From contig CAIKZY010000058.1 of the NCBI GenBank assembly GCA_903832025.1, positions 3,527 through 67,526 on the forward strand: 64,000 nucleotides of DNA, given 5' to 3'. The DNA is from an uncultured Actinomycetes bacterium (GTDB lineage Bacteria > Actinomycetota > Actinomycetes > S36-B12). The notes beneath the pieces were generated by a model, which saw only the letters and a list, made by a program, of their open reading frames with translations, did no database searches and had not been told where the DNA came from. A program made the position numbers and the translations under genes. This document shows, one piece after another, positions 48,451 through 57,430 of this stretch; position 1 is the stretch's first letter; every line of letters begins with the position of its first letter.

Positions 48451-49395
48451 CTACCAGTCCAGGTCAAGCTCAGCGATCTCATCACCAGATGACGAGAAAA
48501 AGACAACCAGCGTCTGTGCCGGCGGAAGTTCGGTGACCAAACCCGGCTGCTGGATTCCCACGAAGCGAGCGTTGTGCTCGTCACTGTGCGACTTTCGGCT
48601 CGTGAACCAGCCGGAGCCGATGGCGTCGCGCTCGACCGGATCCCAGTGCTCGTACATGTCCATCATGCGATGCTGCAGGTCGGCCCAATCATGGGTCGTG
48701 GCGTCCGTCAGGTCGAAATCGGTCTCATACCCGCCGGTGTCGTAGTACAGGACGCGGATGCCCGCCTGCTCGGCCGCCGCAACGACAGCTTGATCATGGG
48801 TGAAGCGCCCGTTGTACACCACCACTGTGGTCAACCCACGTTCACGGATGAGCTCGCTGGCCTGGTCAAATGCCCAGGCGTAGCTCCGACACGCCGCACT
48901 CACCCACCGGCGCGGCCACCGATAGTCCTCGCGAATTGGCGTGTTGTCATCGGGGTGCACCTGAAGAACGGACCGGCCCATCGTGGACCCCCGATAGGTG
49001 AGCGCTCGAATGGCAGAACGGGTGAGCACCGCAGGCATTGCGGGCATGTGCTCGGCAGACCACGATCGAATTGGCGGCGAGACGAAGACCTGCCCGGGCA
49101 CCCCGATGGCTTCCATGGCGTGCTGAGCCTGTTCGTCTCGGGTCCGCGATCCCACCAGGTGGGCCAATGCCCTGCTCGAACGCCAGCCCACGTCCGGAAG
49201 GGGCGTCTTGTCGGCCCAGAAGCCAATGAACACCTCACAGCCCAGTGCGCGTGCTTCCAACGTCATCTCGATCACGGTGCCGACGGCGAACGACCAGTGA
49301 TTGAAGGTGATGATGCCAATGCGGGCTCGCTCGGCTTCTGTGGTCTTCGCCTGCAAGTGCGCGCGCAGCGAATCATGCTCTGCCCGCCTATCCAT
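48451..49395 (-). CDS. N-terminal part of an HP-motif GT-B protein (capsule-synthesis-like), ending at an in-frame TAG
   Basis: IGIITFNHWSF..., VVVYNGRFTHDQAVVAAAEQAGIRVLYYDTGG and LVVFFSSSGDEIAELDLDW, followed by TAG at 48451..48453. Both parts have their codon first bases at coordinates that are 0 mod 3. Confidence 0.55.
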   Translation of the reverse strand: MDRRAEHDSLRAHLQAKTTEAERARIGIITFNHWSFAVGTVIEMTLEARALGCEVFIGFWADKTPLPDVGWRSSRALAHLVGSRTRDEQAQHAMEAIGVPGQVFVSPPIRSWSAEHMPAMPAVLTRSAIRALTYRGSTMGRSVLQVHPDDNTPIREDYRWPRRWVSAACRSYAWAFDQASELIRERGLTTVVVYNGRFTHDQAVVAAAEQAGIRVLYYDTGGYETDFDLTDATTHDWADLQHRMMDMYEHWDPVERDAIGSGWFTSRKSHSDEHNARFVGIQQPGLVTELPPAQTLVVFFSSSGDEIAELDLDW

Positions 49396-50179
49396 GCTGA
49401 CTCTCGATCATCCTTCGGGCACGCCGCTGCAACTCCCAGGCCGCCATCCGAGTGGCTCCGCGCACCGGTCGCTCCCACATCCAGGCAACTCTGCGAGCAA
49501 ACGGCGTCAGCGCCCGACGACGCGCAACCTCAGATTCGCGCAAGGACGTGCTGCGATCTCCCACCGTCAGGGAGTCATCGTGCCAACGGAACGACGAGAC
49601 CACTTGGCCGATATCCACGAAGCTGCCGAGCGGCTGCAACTTCAGCAGGAGATCCAGGTCGAACGCGAATCGCATGGACTCGTCAACGCCGCCGACGCGC
49701 TCCCAGGCTGATCGACGCATCAGCATTCCCGGTTGCGGAATCAGGTCCGGCCCCCACTTCAGGATGCGAGGGGCCCACTTGCCAGCTCGACTGATCCACA
49801 ACTGACGGCCCTGGCTATCGATATATCGACAGGCACCGTACGTCAGCACTGCATCGGGAAGCCTGTCCAATACCGCAACGCTGCGGCGGACCGAATCCGG
49901 CTCCAGCAGGTCATCGTCACCGATCCAGTTCACGAATTCCGTACCGTCTCCCGCCGCAGCAACACCGGCATTGATGGCTGCCGGCAGATTGCCCGGATCA
50001 GGGATCAAGATCGCCCCGAACTGCTCACGAAGTCGCTGCACCTCCGGGGAATTCACCGGCGCAACGATGACGATGTCAATATCGACCTGTTGCGCGGCAA
50101 TCGAGTGCAGGCAGCGCTCCAGAAGGGCCGGGCGAGAGCCGAGAGTCGGAACAACGATCATGGTTCGGGCATGGGTCAT
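49388..50179 (-). CDS. Glycosyltransferase family 2
   Basis: MIVVPTLGSRPALLERCLHSIAAQQVDIDIVIVAP and GDDDLLEPD. ATG 50179 forms an ATGA overlap with the upstream stop. Confidence 0.8.
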   Translation of the reverse strand: MTHARTMIVVPTLGSRPALLERCLHSIAAQQVDIDIVIVAPVNSPEVQRLREQFGAILIPDPGNLPAAINAGVAAAGDGTEFVNWIGDDDLLEPDSVRRSVAVLDRLPDAVLTYGACRYIDSQGRQLWISRAGKWAPRILKWGPDLIPQPGMLMRRSAWERVGGVDESMRFAFDLDLLLKLQPLGSFVDIGQVVSSFRWHDDSLTVGDRSTSLRESEVARRRALTPFARRVAWMWERPVRGATRMAAWELQRRARRMIESQHG

Positions 50180-51312
50180 GTCAGCAGTGCCTGACTCAGC
50201 CATGCGTCAACGGCTACCTCATACCGCTCCGGTTCCCCGGCAACCCATTCGCGGTACTCAGCCTGGTCACGTCTGGATTGTTCGGGATCTGCCAGCACAG
50301 CCCTGATCACCGGCACCATCCGATCTGCCCAGTCTGCCTGGAACGGCACTCGGTACTGCATCGGAACCGGCGCATCGTCCCAGCAGTATGCCGATCCTCG
50401 AGCGACAAAAGCGACGGGGGTGCCCAGATGAGCCGCTTCACGAGGCAAGCGATCGCGACCATGCAGGAGTCCGAGCTCGACATACATGCTGGCTCGTGAG
50501 AGCAACTCGCACACCTGGGCGTAGCTCATTGACTGTATTGGTACGAAGTTGACATCCGGCATGCGCTCGCGAAGTGCCGGAACCAGCCATTGGCCTTTCG
50601 AGCCGTTGTAGGCCACGAGATTGCTGTCACGTGCGGTCGGTGGGACCGAGATCGTGCGAATCGGGTCGGTGATCAGGTGCGAATCGCGGCCGAAAGTCTG
50701 TCTGAGAAACCCCTGGCCGTAATACGACTGCGTGATGAAATTGGCATGCGAGTTATAGATCCTGCGCGCGTAGTGGATCGAGATATCTTCGGTGAGCACC
50801 GCGCGTATGCGGCGGGCACTTCCCACGCGGGCAATCGATTCACGCAGCGTGGCAAACGGCCCAGTTGACACCGGGCCAGGCAGTTCATAGTCCGCAGGGA
50901 CCGGTTCGTACGGCAGAGGAATGTCACCTCGGTAGTACTCCGGTGGGAATGTCCTGCAGTTCGGCTCACTGGGACGGAAGTAGCGGGCACGTGGGTCGGG
51001 GGAGAAATTGATACTCAGCCATGCGATCCACGTTCGCTCTTGAGGAATCTGACGGAGCTCTCGAAATGACTCGATGGGGCTGACCTCAGTCATGACGAAA
51101 TAGGCATCGGTGGCATCGGGGATGCGTTCAACCACGTCGAAGTCGTAGATGTCGTATTCGGGGTCATTGCGTCGGCCGCGGAAGTTATACATGGGGATCA
51201 GATGCGCTTCGATTCCGCGGCGACGAATCGCGTCCACCAGTTGTGTCAGCGCCTCCGGACCGGCGGTTCGGTCACCAAGCGGGGATGCCACGTAGAACTT
51301 CGGCGATCCCAT
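50176..51312 (-). CDS. Hypothetical protein, possible GT-B-fold transferase
   Basis: 378-aa soluble protein. C-terminal GRDRLPREAAHLGTPVAFVARGS resembles a GT-B donor-binding helix. GAGGAA lies 4 nt upstream of ATG 51312. Confidence 0.35.
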   Translation of the reverse strand: MGSPKFYVASPLGDRTAGPEALTQLVDAIRRRGIEAHLIPMYNFRGRRNDPEYDIYDFDVVERIPDATDAYFVMTEVSPIESFRELRQIPQERTWIAWLSINFSPDPRARYFRPSEPNCRTFPPEYYRGDIPLPYEPVPADYELPGPVSTGPFATLRESIARVGSARRIRAVLTEDISIHYARRIYNSHANFITQSYYGQGFLRQTFGRDSHLITDPIRTISVPPTARDSNLVAYNGSKGQWLVPALRERMPDVNFVPIQSMSYAQVCELLSRASMYVELGLLHGRDRLPREAAHLGTPVAFVARGSAYCWDDAPVPMQYRVPFQADWADRMVPVIRAVLADPEQSRRDQAEYREWVAGEPERYEVAVDAWLSQALLT

Positions 51313-51351
51313 GGGTTTCCTCAATGTGCGCACGGATAGGCGGGCACAACT

Positions 51352-53133
51352 TTACGGGAGAAAGCCCTGCTGGAGGTCGGTGCCGCGCATGCGCAGTGTC
51401 TTGGAAGGTTGCGGTGTGCACAGCGGGAAATGAAGCCAGCATTGATCTGTTCCCACAGGAACCGTGACCACGACCCCAGATGCCAATCGCTGAGCGCTGA
51501 CTGGCACCTGCTGCACCGGGCTCACCGCGTACGGAATCGACACGCCAAGTGTCCAGCGCTGGGCCTGGGTACGGGTGGATAGGTGGCTGCGGGCGATGAA
51601 TGAGATCAGGACGACCAGCACGATTGCTGCCATTGCCGGAATCTCGGCGCTTCGTGGCCAGGCGATGCGCCGTCTTGGGTCCGCGCTGAGCACCCACAGG
51701 CACCAGCCGATTGGCACTGCAAACAGCATGAACAACGGTCCCCAGGCAAAGCGGAAGGACGGCGGCGTGAACAGCCACCAGAAGGCCACCGTGACCACGC
51801 ACGGGATGCTGGCGAGGACCACACCGCGCAGGTTCCTTGTGTCCTGGACCGACCGCGCCTCGAGTGCTGTCCGTGCGTTGCCGGACCGGTCACGGCAGAC
51901 CAGGAGAAGGCAGATCATCACCAAGGCCAGGACCAGGATTTCGAAGGTTTCCCACTGATGCGGTAGCCGAGAGATCCACGCCGGTATCCATGCCCATCCA
52001 TGGGCTGACTGCCACATGTTGGCGGGATCTCGAGCAAAGCCCAGCGTTACCTCGCGCAGCGAAGTCGGGTTCGGTGCCAGCCAGGGGACGTTGAATGCAT
52101 GAATGGACAGTGGGTATTGCAGCCAGCCGCTGAGTCGGTAATCACGCATGCCCGAGACTGCGACAGCAAGCAGGCCGGCCCCGGCAACTCCGATGGCCGC
52201 CACACGTGGCCTGTGCTGCACCCCGCGTCGCGTTTGGATGAAGAAGATCGCAAGACACACGGCGATCACGCAGGCGACAAAGATTGCCATCGTGGGCCTG
52301 ATCATCCACGTGGTGATGGCGACAATGCACGCGATCGACGCATCGGCGGTCCAATTCCGTGCAGCTGCGATCGCATCCGACAGATAGGAGATCGCAACCA
52401 CCGTCAGCACGAGCACTGCTGAGTCCTGCGACGGGCTGGTAACCCAGAAGTCGCTCAGCGCAATCATCGGGACCCAGGCTGCAGTGAGGCCTACCAGCAT
52501 GATGTACGTGCCCACCGACCAACGTCGTCGGAAGATGCGTAAGCAGAAGTCAGCGGCAACAAGGCCGAGCAGCAGGCCGTTGAACAGCCGATAGCCCTGG
52601 TCTGACCAGGGCCCGTTGTCCAAGAGTGCCGCCAAGGGAAACTGCATCGATCCGTACCCAAGCGGAGCGTAGAGATTGGCAAGCCCGGGGATCGCGGCAA
52701 AGTTCGCTGAATACTTCACTGCCCCCAGGTGATACAAACCGGTGTCATACCCGGTGACCGGGCCAAGCGCGGCCAAGGCCAGGTACACCTGCGCCAAACC
52801 CAGGGACACCAGGGCCACCACCGCAGGTCGAGCCTCGGCACCCGCTGCGCGCGATCGCCGCCGAAGCGACGGATAGCCCAACACCCCACCAGCACACGCC
52901 ACGATCACCAGGGCCCACGCGGCAACGGGCGAGCGCATGGGCACAAGAACACTCAGCACGCCGACCATCAGTGCGGCAATCAGCGCGCCCCACCACAGAG
53001 CCCGGCGAACAAGTTGCTGCCGATCGGCCTCCGGTGCCGTCCACGACGCCACGGGAAGTCCCAGGGCAACCACCACGCAAGCCGCAAATGCCCACGTGAC
53101 CAGCACCAGGGCGATTCCCGTGAGCGTTATCAT
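51352..53133 (-). CDS. 593-aa polytopic membrane protein (polymerase or GT-C-like) with a Cys-containing C-terminal domain
   Basis: At least 14 helices. Loop motif TGYDTGLYHLGAVKY. C-terminal soluble segment ending VPVGTDQCWLHFPLCTPQPSKTLRMRGTDLQQGFLP. Confidence 0.6.
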   Translation of the reverse strand: MITLTGIALVLVTWAFAACVVVALGLPVASWTAPEADRQQLVRRALWWGALIAALMVGVLSVLVPMRSPVAAWALVIVACAGGVLGYPSLRRRSRAAGAEARPAVVALVSLGLAQVYLALAALGPVTGYDTGLYHLGAVKYSANFAAIPGLANLYAPLGYGSMQFPLAALLDNGPWSDQGYRLFNGLLLGLVAADFCLRIFRRRWSVGTYIMLVGLTAAWVPMIALSDFWVTSPSQDSAVLVLTVVAISYLSDAIAAARNWTADASIACIVAITTWMIRPTMAIFVACVIAVCLAIFFIQTRRGVQHRPRVAAIGVAGAGLLAVAVSGMRDYRLSGWLQYPLSIHAFNVPWLAPNPTSLREVTLGFARDPANMWQSAHGWAWIPAWISRLPHQWETFEILVLALVMICLLLVCRDRSGNARTALEARSVQDTRNLRGVVLASIPCVVTVAFWWLFTPPSFRFAWGPLFMLFAVPIGWCLWVLSADPRRRIAWPRSAEIPAMAAIVLVVLISFIARSHLSTRTQAQRWTLGVSIPYAVSPVQQVPVSAQRLASGVVVTVPVGTDQCWLHFPLCTPQPSKTLRMRGTDLQQGFLP

Positions 53134-53301
53134 TGCGGCTCCAGACTAGATCAGCGGCGCAGATCCCGGATGGCAACCAACACGTGTCCGCACAGGTTCC
53201 GCCGGACGACTGGACCGCGCATCGGGGAACTCGCCATGGACGCGGTGCTGATCACCAAGAGCCAGGAAGGCTCCCGATGGCGCGCCGGCGATCGCGCGCG
53301 G

Positions 53302-54249
53302 CTAGGAGATGGTTTGGCGGAAGTACTCGATAGTTCGAGCAAGACCTTCGGCAAGCGGCACCGAGGGCTGCCAGCCCAAGGTTGACATCGCACGAGTGAT
53401 GTCCGGTTGCCGGCGTACCGGGTCATCTTGCGGCAGCGGAAGATACTCGATGCCCGCGCTGGTCCCGGTCTGCTCGATGACCAGGTCCGCGAGATCGGAG
53501 ATCGTGAATTCACCCGGATTGCCCAGGTTGATCGGACCGGTGACCTCCGGCTGGGAACCCATCATCTTCAGCAGGCCCTCAATGAGGTCGTCGATGTAGC
53601 AGAACGACCGCGTCTGCTGGCCTTGACCGTAGACCGTCAGCGGCAGTTCCTTCAGCGCGCTGACAACGAAGTTGGACACCACCCGTCCGTCATGCGGATG
53701 CATCCTGGGACCGTAGGTGTTGAACAATCGAACCACCTTGATCTGGAGGCCATGCTGTCGGTGATAGTCGAAGAACAGAGTTTCGGCGGCCCGCTTGCCC
53801 TCGTCGTAGCACGCCCTGGGCCCGATCGGGTTCACGTTTCCCCAATAGTCCTCAGACTGCGGATGCACCAATGGATCCCCGTACACCTCAGAGGTAGACG
53901 TCAACAGGATCTTGGCACCGGTCCGCTTGGCCAGGCCCAGCATGTTGATCGATCCGTGCACGGCAGTCTTGGTGGTTTGCACCGGGTCACGCTGATAATG
54001 AATCGGGCTCGCTGGGCAGGCAAGGTGATAGATCTCGTCAACCTCGACGTACAGGGGGAACGTGACATCGTGGCGAATGGCCTCAAAGCGCGGATTGTCA
54101 AGAAGGTGCGCGATGTTGTCCTTGGTGGACGAGTAATAATTGTCGACGCACAACACGTGGAAACCGTCATTGAGTAGCCGCTCGCACAGGTGGGAACCAA
54201 TAAACCCCACACCGCCGGTCACCAGGACTCTGCCTCGAGCGATGGTCAT
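53302..54249 (-). CDS. UDP-glucuronate decarboxylase (UDP-xylose synthase)
   Basis: [59 protein letters not shown] and [12 protein letters not shown] 54249 forms an ATGA overlap with the upstream stop. Confidence 0.85.
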   Translation of the reverse strand: MTIARGRVLVTGGVGFIGSHLCERLLNDGFHVLCVDNYYSSTKDNIAHLLDNPRFEAIRHDVTFPLYVEVDEIYHLACPASPIHYQRDPVQTTKTAVHGSINMLGLAKRTGAKILLTSTSEVYGDPLVHPQSEDYWGNVNPIGPRACYDEGKRAAETLFFDYHRQHGLQIKVVRLFNTYGPRMHPHDGRVVSNFVVSALKELPLTVYGQGQQTRSFCYIDDLIEGLLKMMGSQPEVTGPINLGNPGEFTISDLADLVIEQTGTSAGIEYLPLPQDDPVRRQPDITRAMSTLGWQPSVPLAEGLARTIEYFRQTIS

Positions 54250-55190
54250 GGCGCTGTCCTCCGATTCGTCACATGTGCCCGGAAGCGATCCAGGCCTCCA
54301 AGTACCGTTGCACGATAGTGGTGGCGCAATTCCCACTGGTCGGCACGTCGGTTTCGGTGCACGGGCACGATCGGCAATTCACCGACCAAGGCACCTTGCT
54401 GCGGAAGTCCGGAATCTCCCTGCTGCGTATGCGTGGCATCGTCACCAAACCCGACATTGGAGACCATGTTGACATTGGGAACGACCGCCAGCTGATTGCT
54501 GCGCATCGCGGCAAAGCTCCACTGCCAGTCCCAAGTGTCGACCTCACCGCGCGCGGTGAATTCCAGATTTGCCGCCCAATACAAGATTGCCGACGGTGAG
54601 TAGTTGCACGCACTGACAAAGCGAGCCGGGCTGATCGTGCGCCACCAGCCGCGCGCATCGAGCTGATGCAACTGCCACGAGCGTCGCCAGCAGGCCCAGC
54701 CCCAGACGTGCATGTACTGCGAGAAGCGATAGCGATCATCACTTGGCCACAGCGAAGTATCGGCAACCGTGTTGCATCCGGTGATTGCGAAGATTCGCTC
54801 ATCATCTTGGTAGCGATCAAGCATCGTGGTGCAGAAGGGGAAGAAACTGGGATCGGGGCGAATATCGTCTTCCAGGATGATGCCACGCTCAACGTTGTCG
54901 AAGAACCACGTGATCGCAGTGGTGACGCCAAGGCCGCAGCCCAGATTGGAATCCTGGAAATTGGTATGAACCTCATCGGTCCAATCAATGGATGCCACCA
55001 GCTCCCGACATGCCTGGACACGGTCTGCCTCACCCGCCCGATCTGGACGCGCGCCATCAACGGCGACATAGACGCAGGCGGGCCGCACGTCACGAAGGAG
55101 CGAGATGAGTCCTTCCAGCAGATCAGGACGATTGAACGCGATGAGCAGGACCGGTTCATTCACCGTCAGGACGCTCCTGTGCTTGCGCAT
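54246..55190 (-). CDS. GT-A-fold glycosyltransferase (GNT-I/HlpA-like)
   Basis: [36 protein letters not shown] and [15 protein letters not shown]. The start is ATG 55190 or GTG 55163. Confidence 0.5.
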   Translation of the reverse strand: MRKHRSVLTVNEPVLLIAFNRPDLLEGLISLLRDVRPACVYVAVDGARPDRAGEADRVQACRELVASIDWTDEVHTNFQDSNLGCGLGVTTAITWFFDNVERGIILEDDIRPDPSFFPFCTTMLDRYQDDERIFAITGCNTVADTSLWPSDDRYRFSQYMHVWGWACWRRSWQLHQLDARGWWRTISPARFVSACNYSPSAILYWAANLEFTARGEVDTWDWQWSFAAMRSNQLAVVPNVNMVSNVGFGDDATHTQQGDSGLPQQGALVGELPIVPVHRNRRADQWELRHHYRATVLGGLDRFRAHVTNRRTAP

Positions 55191-55524
55191 TCAGGTCGGT
55201 AATCCTCCGGTCCAGGAGCGCGATTTCCTCGGCGAGGCGCCGAATGCGCGCCTCGTGCCTGCTCAACTCGTAACTCAACTGGACGCTGACCATCACCAGC
55301 ATCACGATGGTGACGAAGAACAGCAGGTTCACCGGCTGGGAGACTCCCAGCCGGAAACTGATCCATTCCAGGACCTGAGGAACCAGCGCGAAGAACAACG
55401 CCGCACCGGCAAACAGCAGCCACAGCACCGCGTACTTTTCCTTCAGGACGCCACGGCGCAGCAGATCCAGGATGAAGATGAACGTGATGATCGCGGTAAT
55501 CGCAGCCAGGATGTTGGGAGTCAT
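55156..55524 (-). CDS. Small membrane protein, DUF2304 family (Rv3632-like)
   Basis: MTPNILAAITAIITFIFILDLLRRGVLKEKYAVLWLL..., three helices plus a C-terminal amphipathic tail. ATG 55524 shares a base with the upstream GT2 stop. Confidence 0.75.
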   Translation of the reverse strand: MTPNILAAITAIITFIFILDLLRRGVLKEKYAVLWLLFAGAALFFALVPQVLEWISFRLGVSQPVNLLFFVTIVMLVMVSVQLSYELSRHEARIRRLAEEIALLDRRITDLNAQAQERPDGE

Positions 55525-56249
55525 CAGGCACCGTCCCCCCTGCTCTGATTGGGTCGCTTGAGGACCGTGGCCACCAGCGCCAGGCCAGCCCGACCCAGGT
55601 ACAGGGCCGACCACAGGGCATTCTTGCTTGGCCGGCCGATCGCCCGGTAGTACATCGTGACCGGGGCCTCGTGAATGGTCAGACCGTGCCGGATCGCAAT
55701 CGACAATGAGCCGACCGTGTCACCGAGATACTCCGCGGGATAGTTCACGGCAAACAGCTCGATCGCCCTTGGTCCAGCGGAACGAAAGCCCGATGTGGGA
55801 TCGCTGATCGTGGCATGGTTCATCCGACTCAGGGCATGGGACAGCAGCACCATCGCCCAGCGACGAGGGCCACCGACGAAGTACATCGAATCTGGATGGA
55901 ATCTGGTGCCCACCACGATGTCGGCGGTTGCCAGGCCCTGTAGGAGCTTGTCCAGATCCGCCGGATCGTGCTGGCCATCGGCGTCGACCTGGACCAGGCC
56001 CTGGTACCCCTCCCGCTGGGCATACAGGAAGGCCGTGCGCATCGCACCACCGACGCCGACATTGAACGGCAGGGACACCACGGTTGCGCCGGCTTGCGCG
56101 GCGACCAGGGCCGTGCGGTCGGTTGAGCCGTCGTTGACCACCAGGATCCCTGCGGCCGGCAGATGCTGGCGAACCTTGCCAATCACCTCGCCAATGGCGC
56201 CGGCCTCGTTCCACGCGGGGATCGCGATGAGCACCCGATCGGAATCCAC
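55524..56249 (-). CDS. Polyprenyl-phosphate sugar synthase-like GT2 (PpgS/DPM1 subfamily)
   Basis: VLIAIPAWNEAGAIGEVI, ILVVNDGSTDRT, VDADGQHDP, and the C-terminal GLTIHEAPVTMYYRAIGRPSK. Confidence 0.8.
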   Translation of the reverse strand: MDSDRVLIAIPAWNEAGAIGEVIGKVRQHLPAAGILVVNDGSTDRTALVAAQAGATVVSLPFNVGVGGAMRTAFLYAQREGYQGLVQVDADGQHDPADLDKLLQGLATADIVVGTRFHPDSMYFVGGPRRWAMVLLSHALSRMNHATISDPTSGFRSAGPRAIELFAVNYPAEYLGDTVGSLSIAIRHGLTIHEAPVTMYYRAIGRPSKNALWSALYLGRAGLALVATVLKRPNQSRGDGA

Positions 56250-56303
56250 GCCCCCACGGTAGTCCAGCAGGGCGCTCGATTCCGAAGCCGCGGCCTGAAA
56301 TGG

Positions 56304-57430
56304 CTAGGAGATCCACTGTCCTTGGGTGTAGCGAATGGAAACCAGAATCAGGATGGGTAGGCAGCAGATCACGTAGGCCCAGCGCAGCCAGCGCCGGTGC
56401 GTCATCCACACCCCCAGCACCATCCAGATGGGGAAGAGCACCACGAGCGTGCGGGGAACCGAGTGGTACATGGTGCTGGTTCCCAGCGAGATCATGGTGA
56501 CCAGCAGGTAGATCGACTCGGGCCACCACCGGCGGCGAACCAGCACGATCGTGAAGATGGCGATGACCGCCATCGCCATGATCTCGGTGATCATGCGCGA
56601 GGAGGGCTGACCATTGGGGGCAAAGGTGTAAATCAGGTGGTACGTGTTGAGCAAGGACGTCACCGGATCAACAAGGTTCCGATGCCAGAAGTCTCGCTCG
56701 GCGTGCGACCATGCCAGCCAATCGCCGGTGATCGCCCGGAGATAGGCCGAGTACCCCACGACAGCGATGAATGGGATGAGCAAGGCCCAGGCACGGCTCC
56801 ACATTCGCGGCCGGGTGAGCGCGAACATGACGACCAGCGCGATTGCCAGGAACAGGCCTTCGGTCGAACGACGGCAGCCCCGCCAGCGAGCAATCCGGCC
56901 CACACCCAATCCTGGCGACGGGCAAAGATCCATGCCCACACGGCCAGGGCGCAGAACAGAGCCTCGGTGTACGGAGCTGTCACGAACAGCGCTGTCGGCG
57001 CGACAAAGAAGGCCATGGCCCCGTACGGTCCCGTTCCGCCCACCTCCTGGGTCAGGCGTGAGATGCCGAATCCGGCGATCAGGCTCGCGACCAGGGACAC
57101 GATCAATCCGGTTCCGGTCGCTGACAGCCCCAAGCCCATGCCGACCTTCATCAGCGCGGGTAGGCCGGGGAAGAACGCCACGTTGTAGTGGAAGTCTTGG
57201 AACGCACTTACATATGGACCCACGTATCCGTATGTGGCGATCGACTCGTACCAGGCGGTATCCCATTGGCGCCAGATGCCGACGTATGCGCGAAGTCCGC
57301 CGTGCGCAGAGATGGCAGTCCAGCTCCCCACCGCTGCTGCACCGAGCACGATCACGCGAGTGATCAGCCATATACCGACGATCTCCCACCGTTGCCGCGT
57401 GCGTTGCGCGGCGTGAACTTCCGAGCCCAT
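56304..57430 (-). pseudogene. PIG-V/GT-C-like mannosyltransferase-family membrane protein with a 1-nt frame offset
   Basis: The upstream half (frame of ORF 56660..57481) carries WDTAWYESIATYGY...YNVAFFPGLPAL...AGLLAGGAAVV. The downstream half (frame of ORF 56304..57602) continues STEGLFLAIALVVMF... to the stop at 56304. The junction lies at about 56862..56885. The span is 1127 nt (3n+2). ATG 57430 shares a base with the upstream TGA. Confidence 0.7.

Noticed and set aside
48574-49794. 406-aa ORF on the plus strand, the longest 'extra' ORF in the track. Similar long ORFs occur at 184..846, 38074..38661, 52729..53385, 53407..54177 and 56397..57188.
   Set aside because: They lie antisense to, or out of frame with, genes that carry clear family motifs. 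Their translations are Arg/Pro/Gly/His-rich low-complexity strings with no recognisable domain. This is typical of shadow ORFs in GC-rich DNA.
53280-53299. 6-bp all-GC hairpin (gcgcgc-cggcgatc-gcgcgc) just downstream of the UXS stop.
   Set aside because: The stem is short and is built from a (GC)n-like sequence that forms trivially in GC-rich DNA. There is no U-tract. It is not strong enough to call a terminator.
54269-55159. Same-strand alternative-frame ORFs: 296 aa at 54269..55159, 269 aa at 55720..56529 and 151 aa at 55166..55621.
   Set aside because: They are completely nested in the GNT-I-like, PpgS-like and DUF2304 genes, which have recognisable motifs. The alternative translations are R/P/S/G-rich.
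56862-56885. Programmed -1 ribosomal frameshifting as the explanation for the split GT-C gene.
   Set aside because: No slippery X XXY YYZ heptamer and no obvious downstream stimulatory structure are visible. A 1-nt indel or sequencing error next to a C/G run is more parsimonious. The possibility is kept in the findings as a check.
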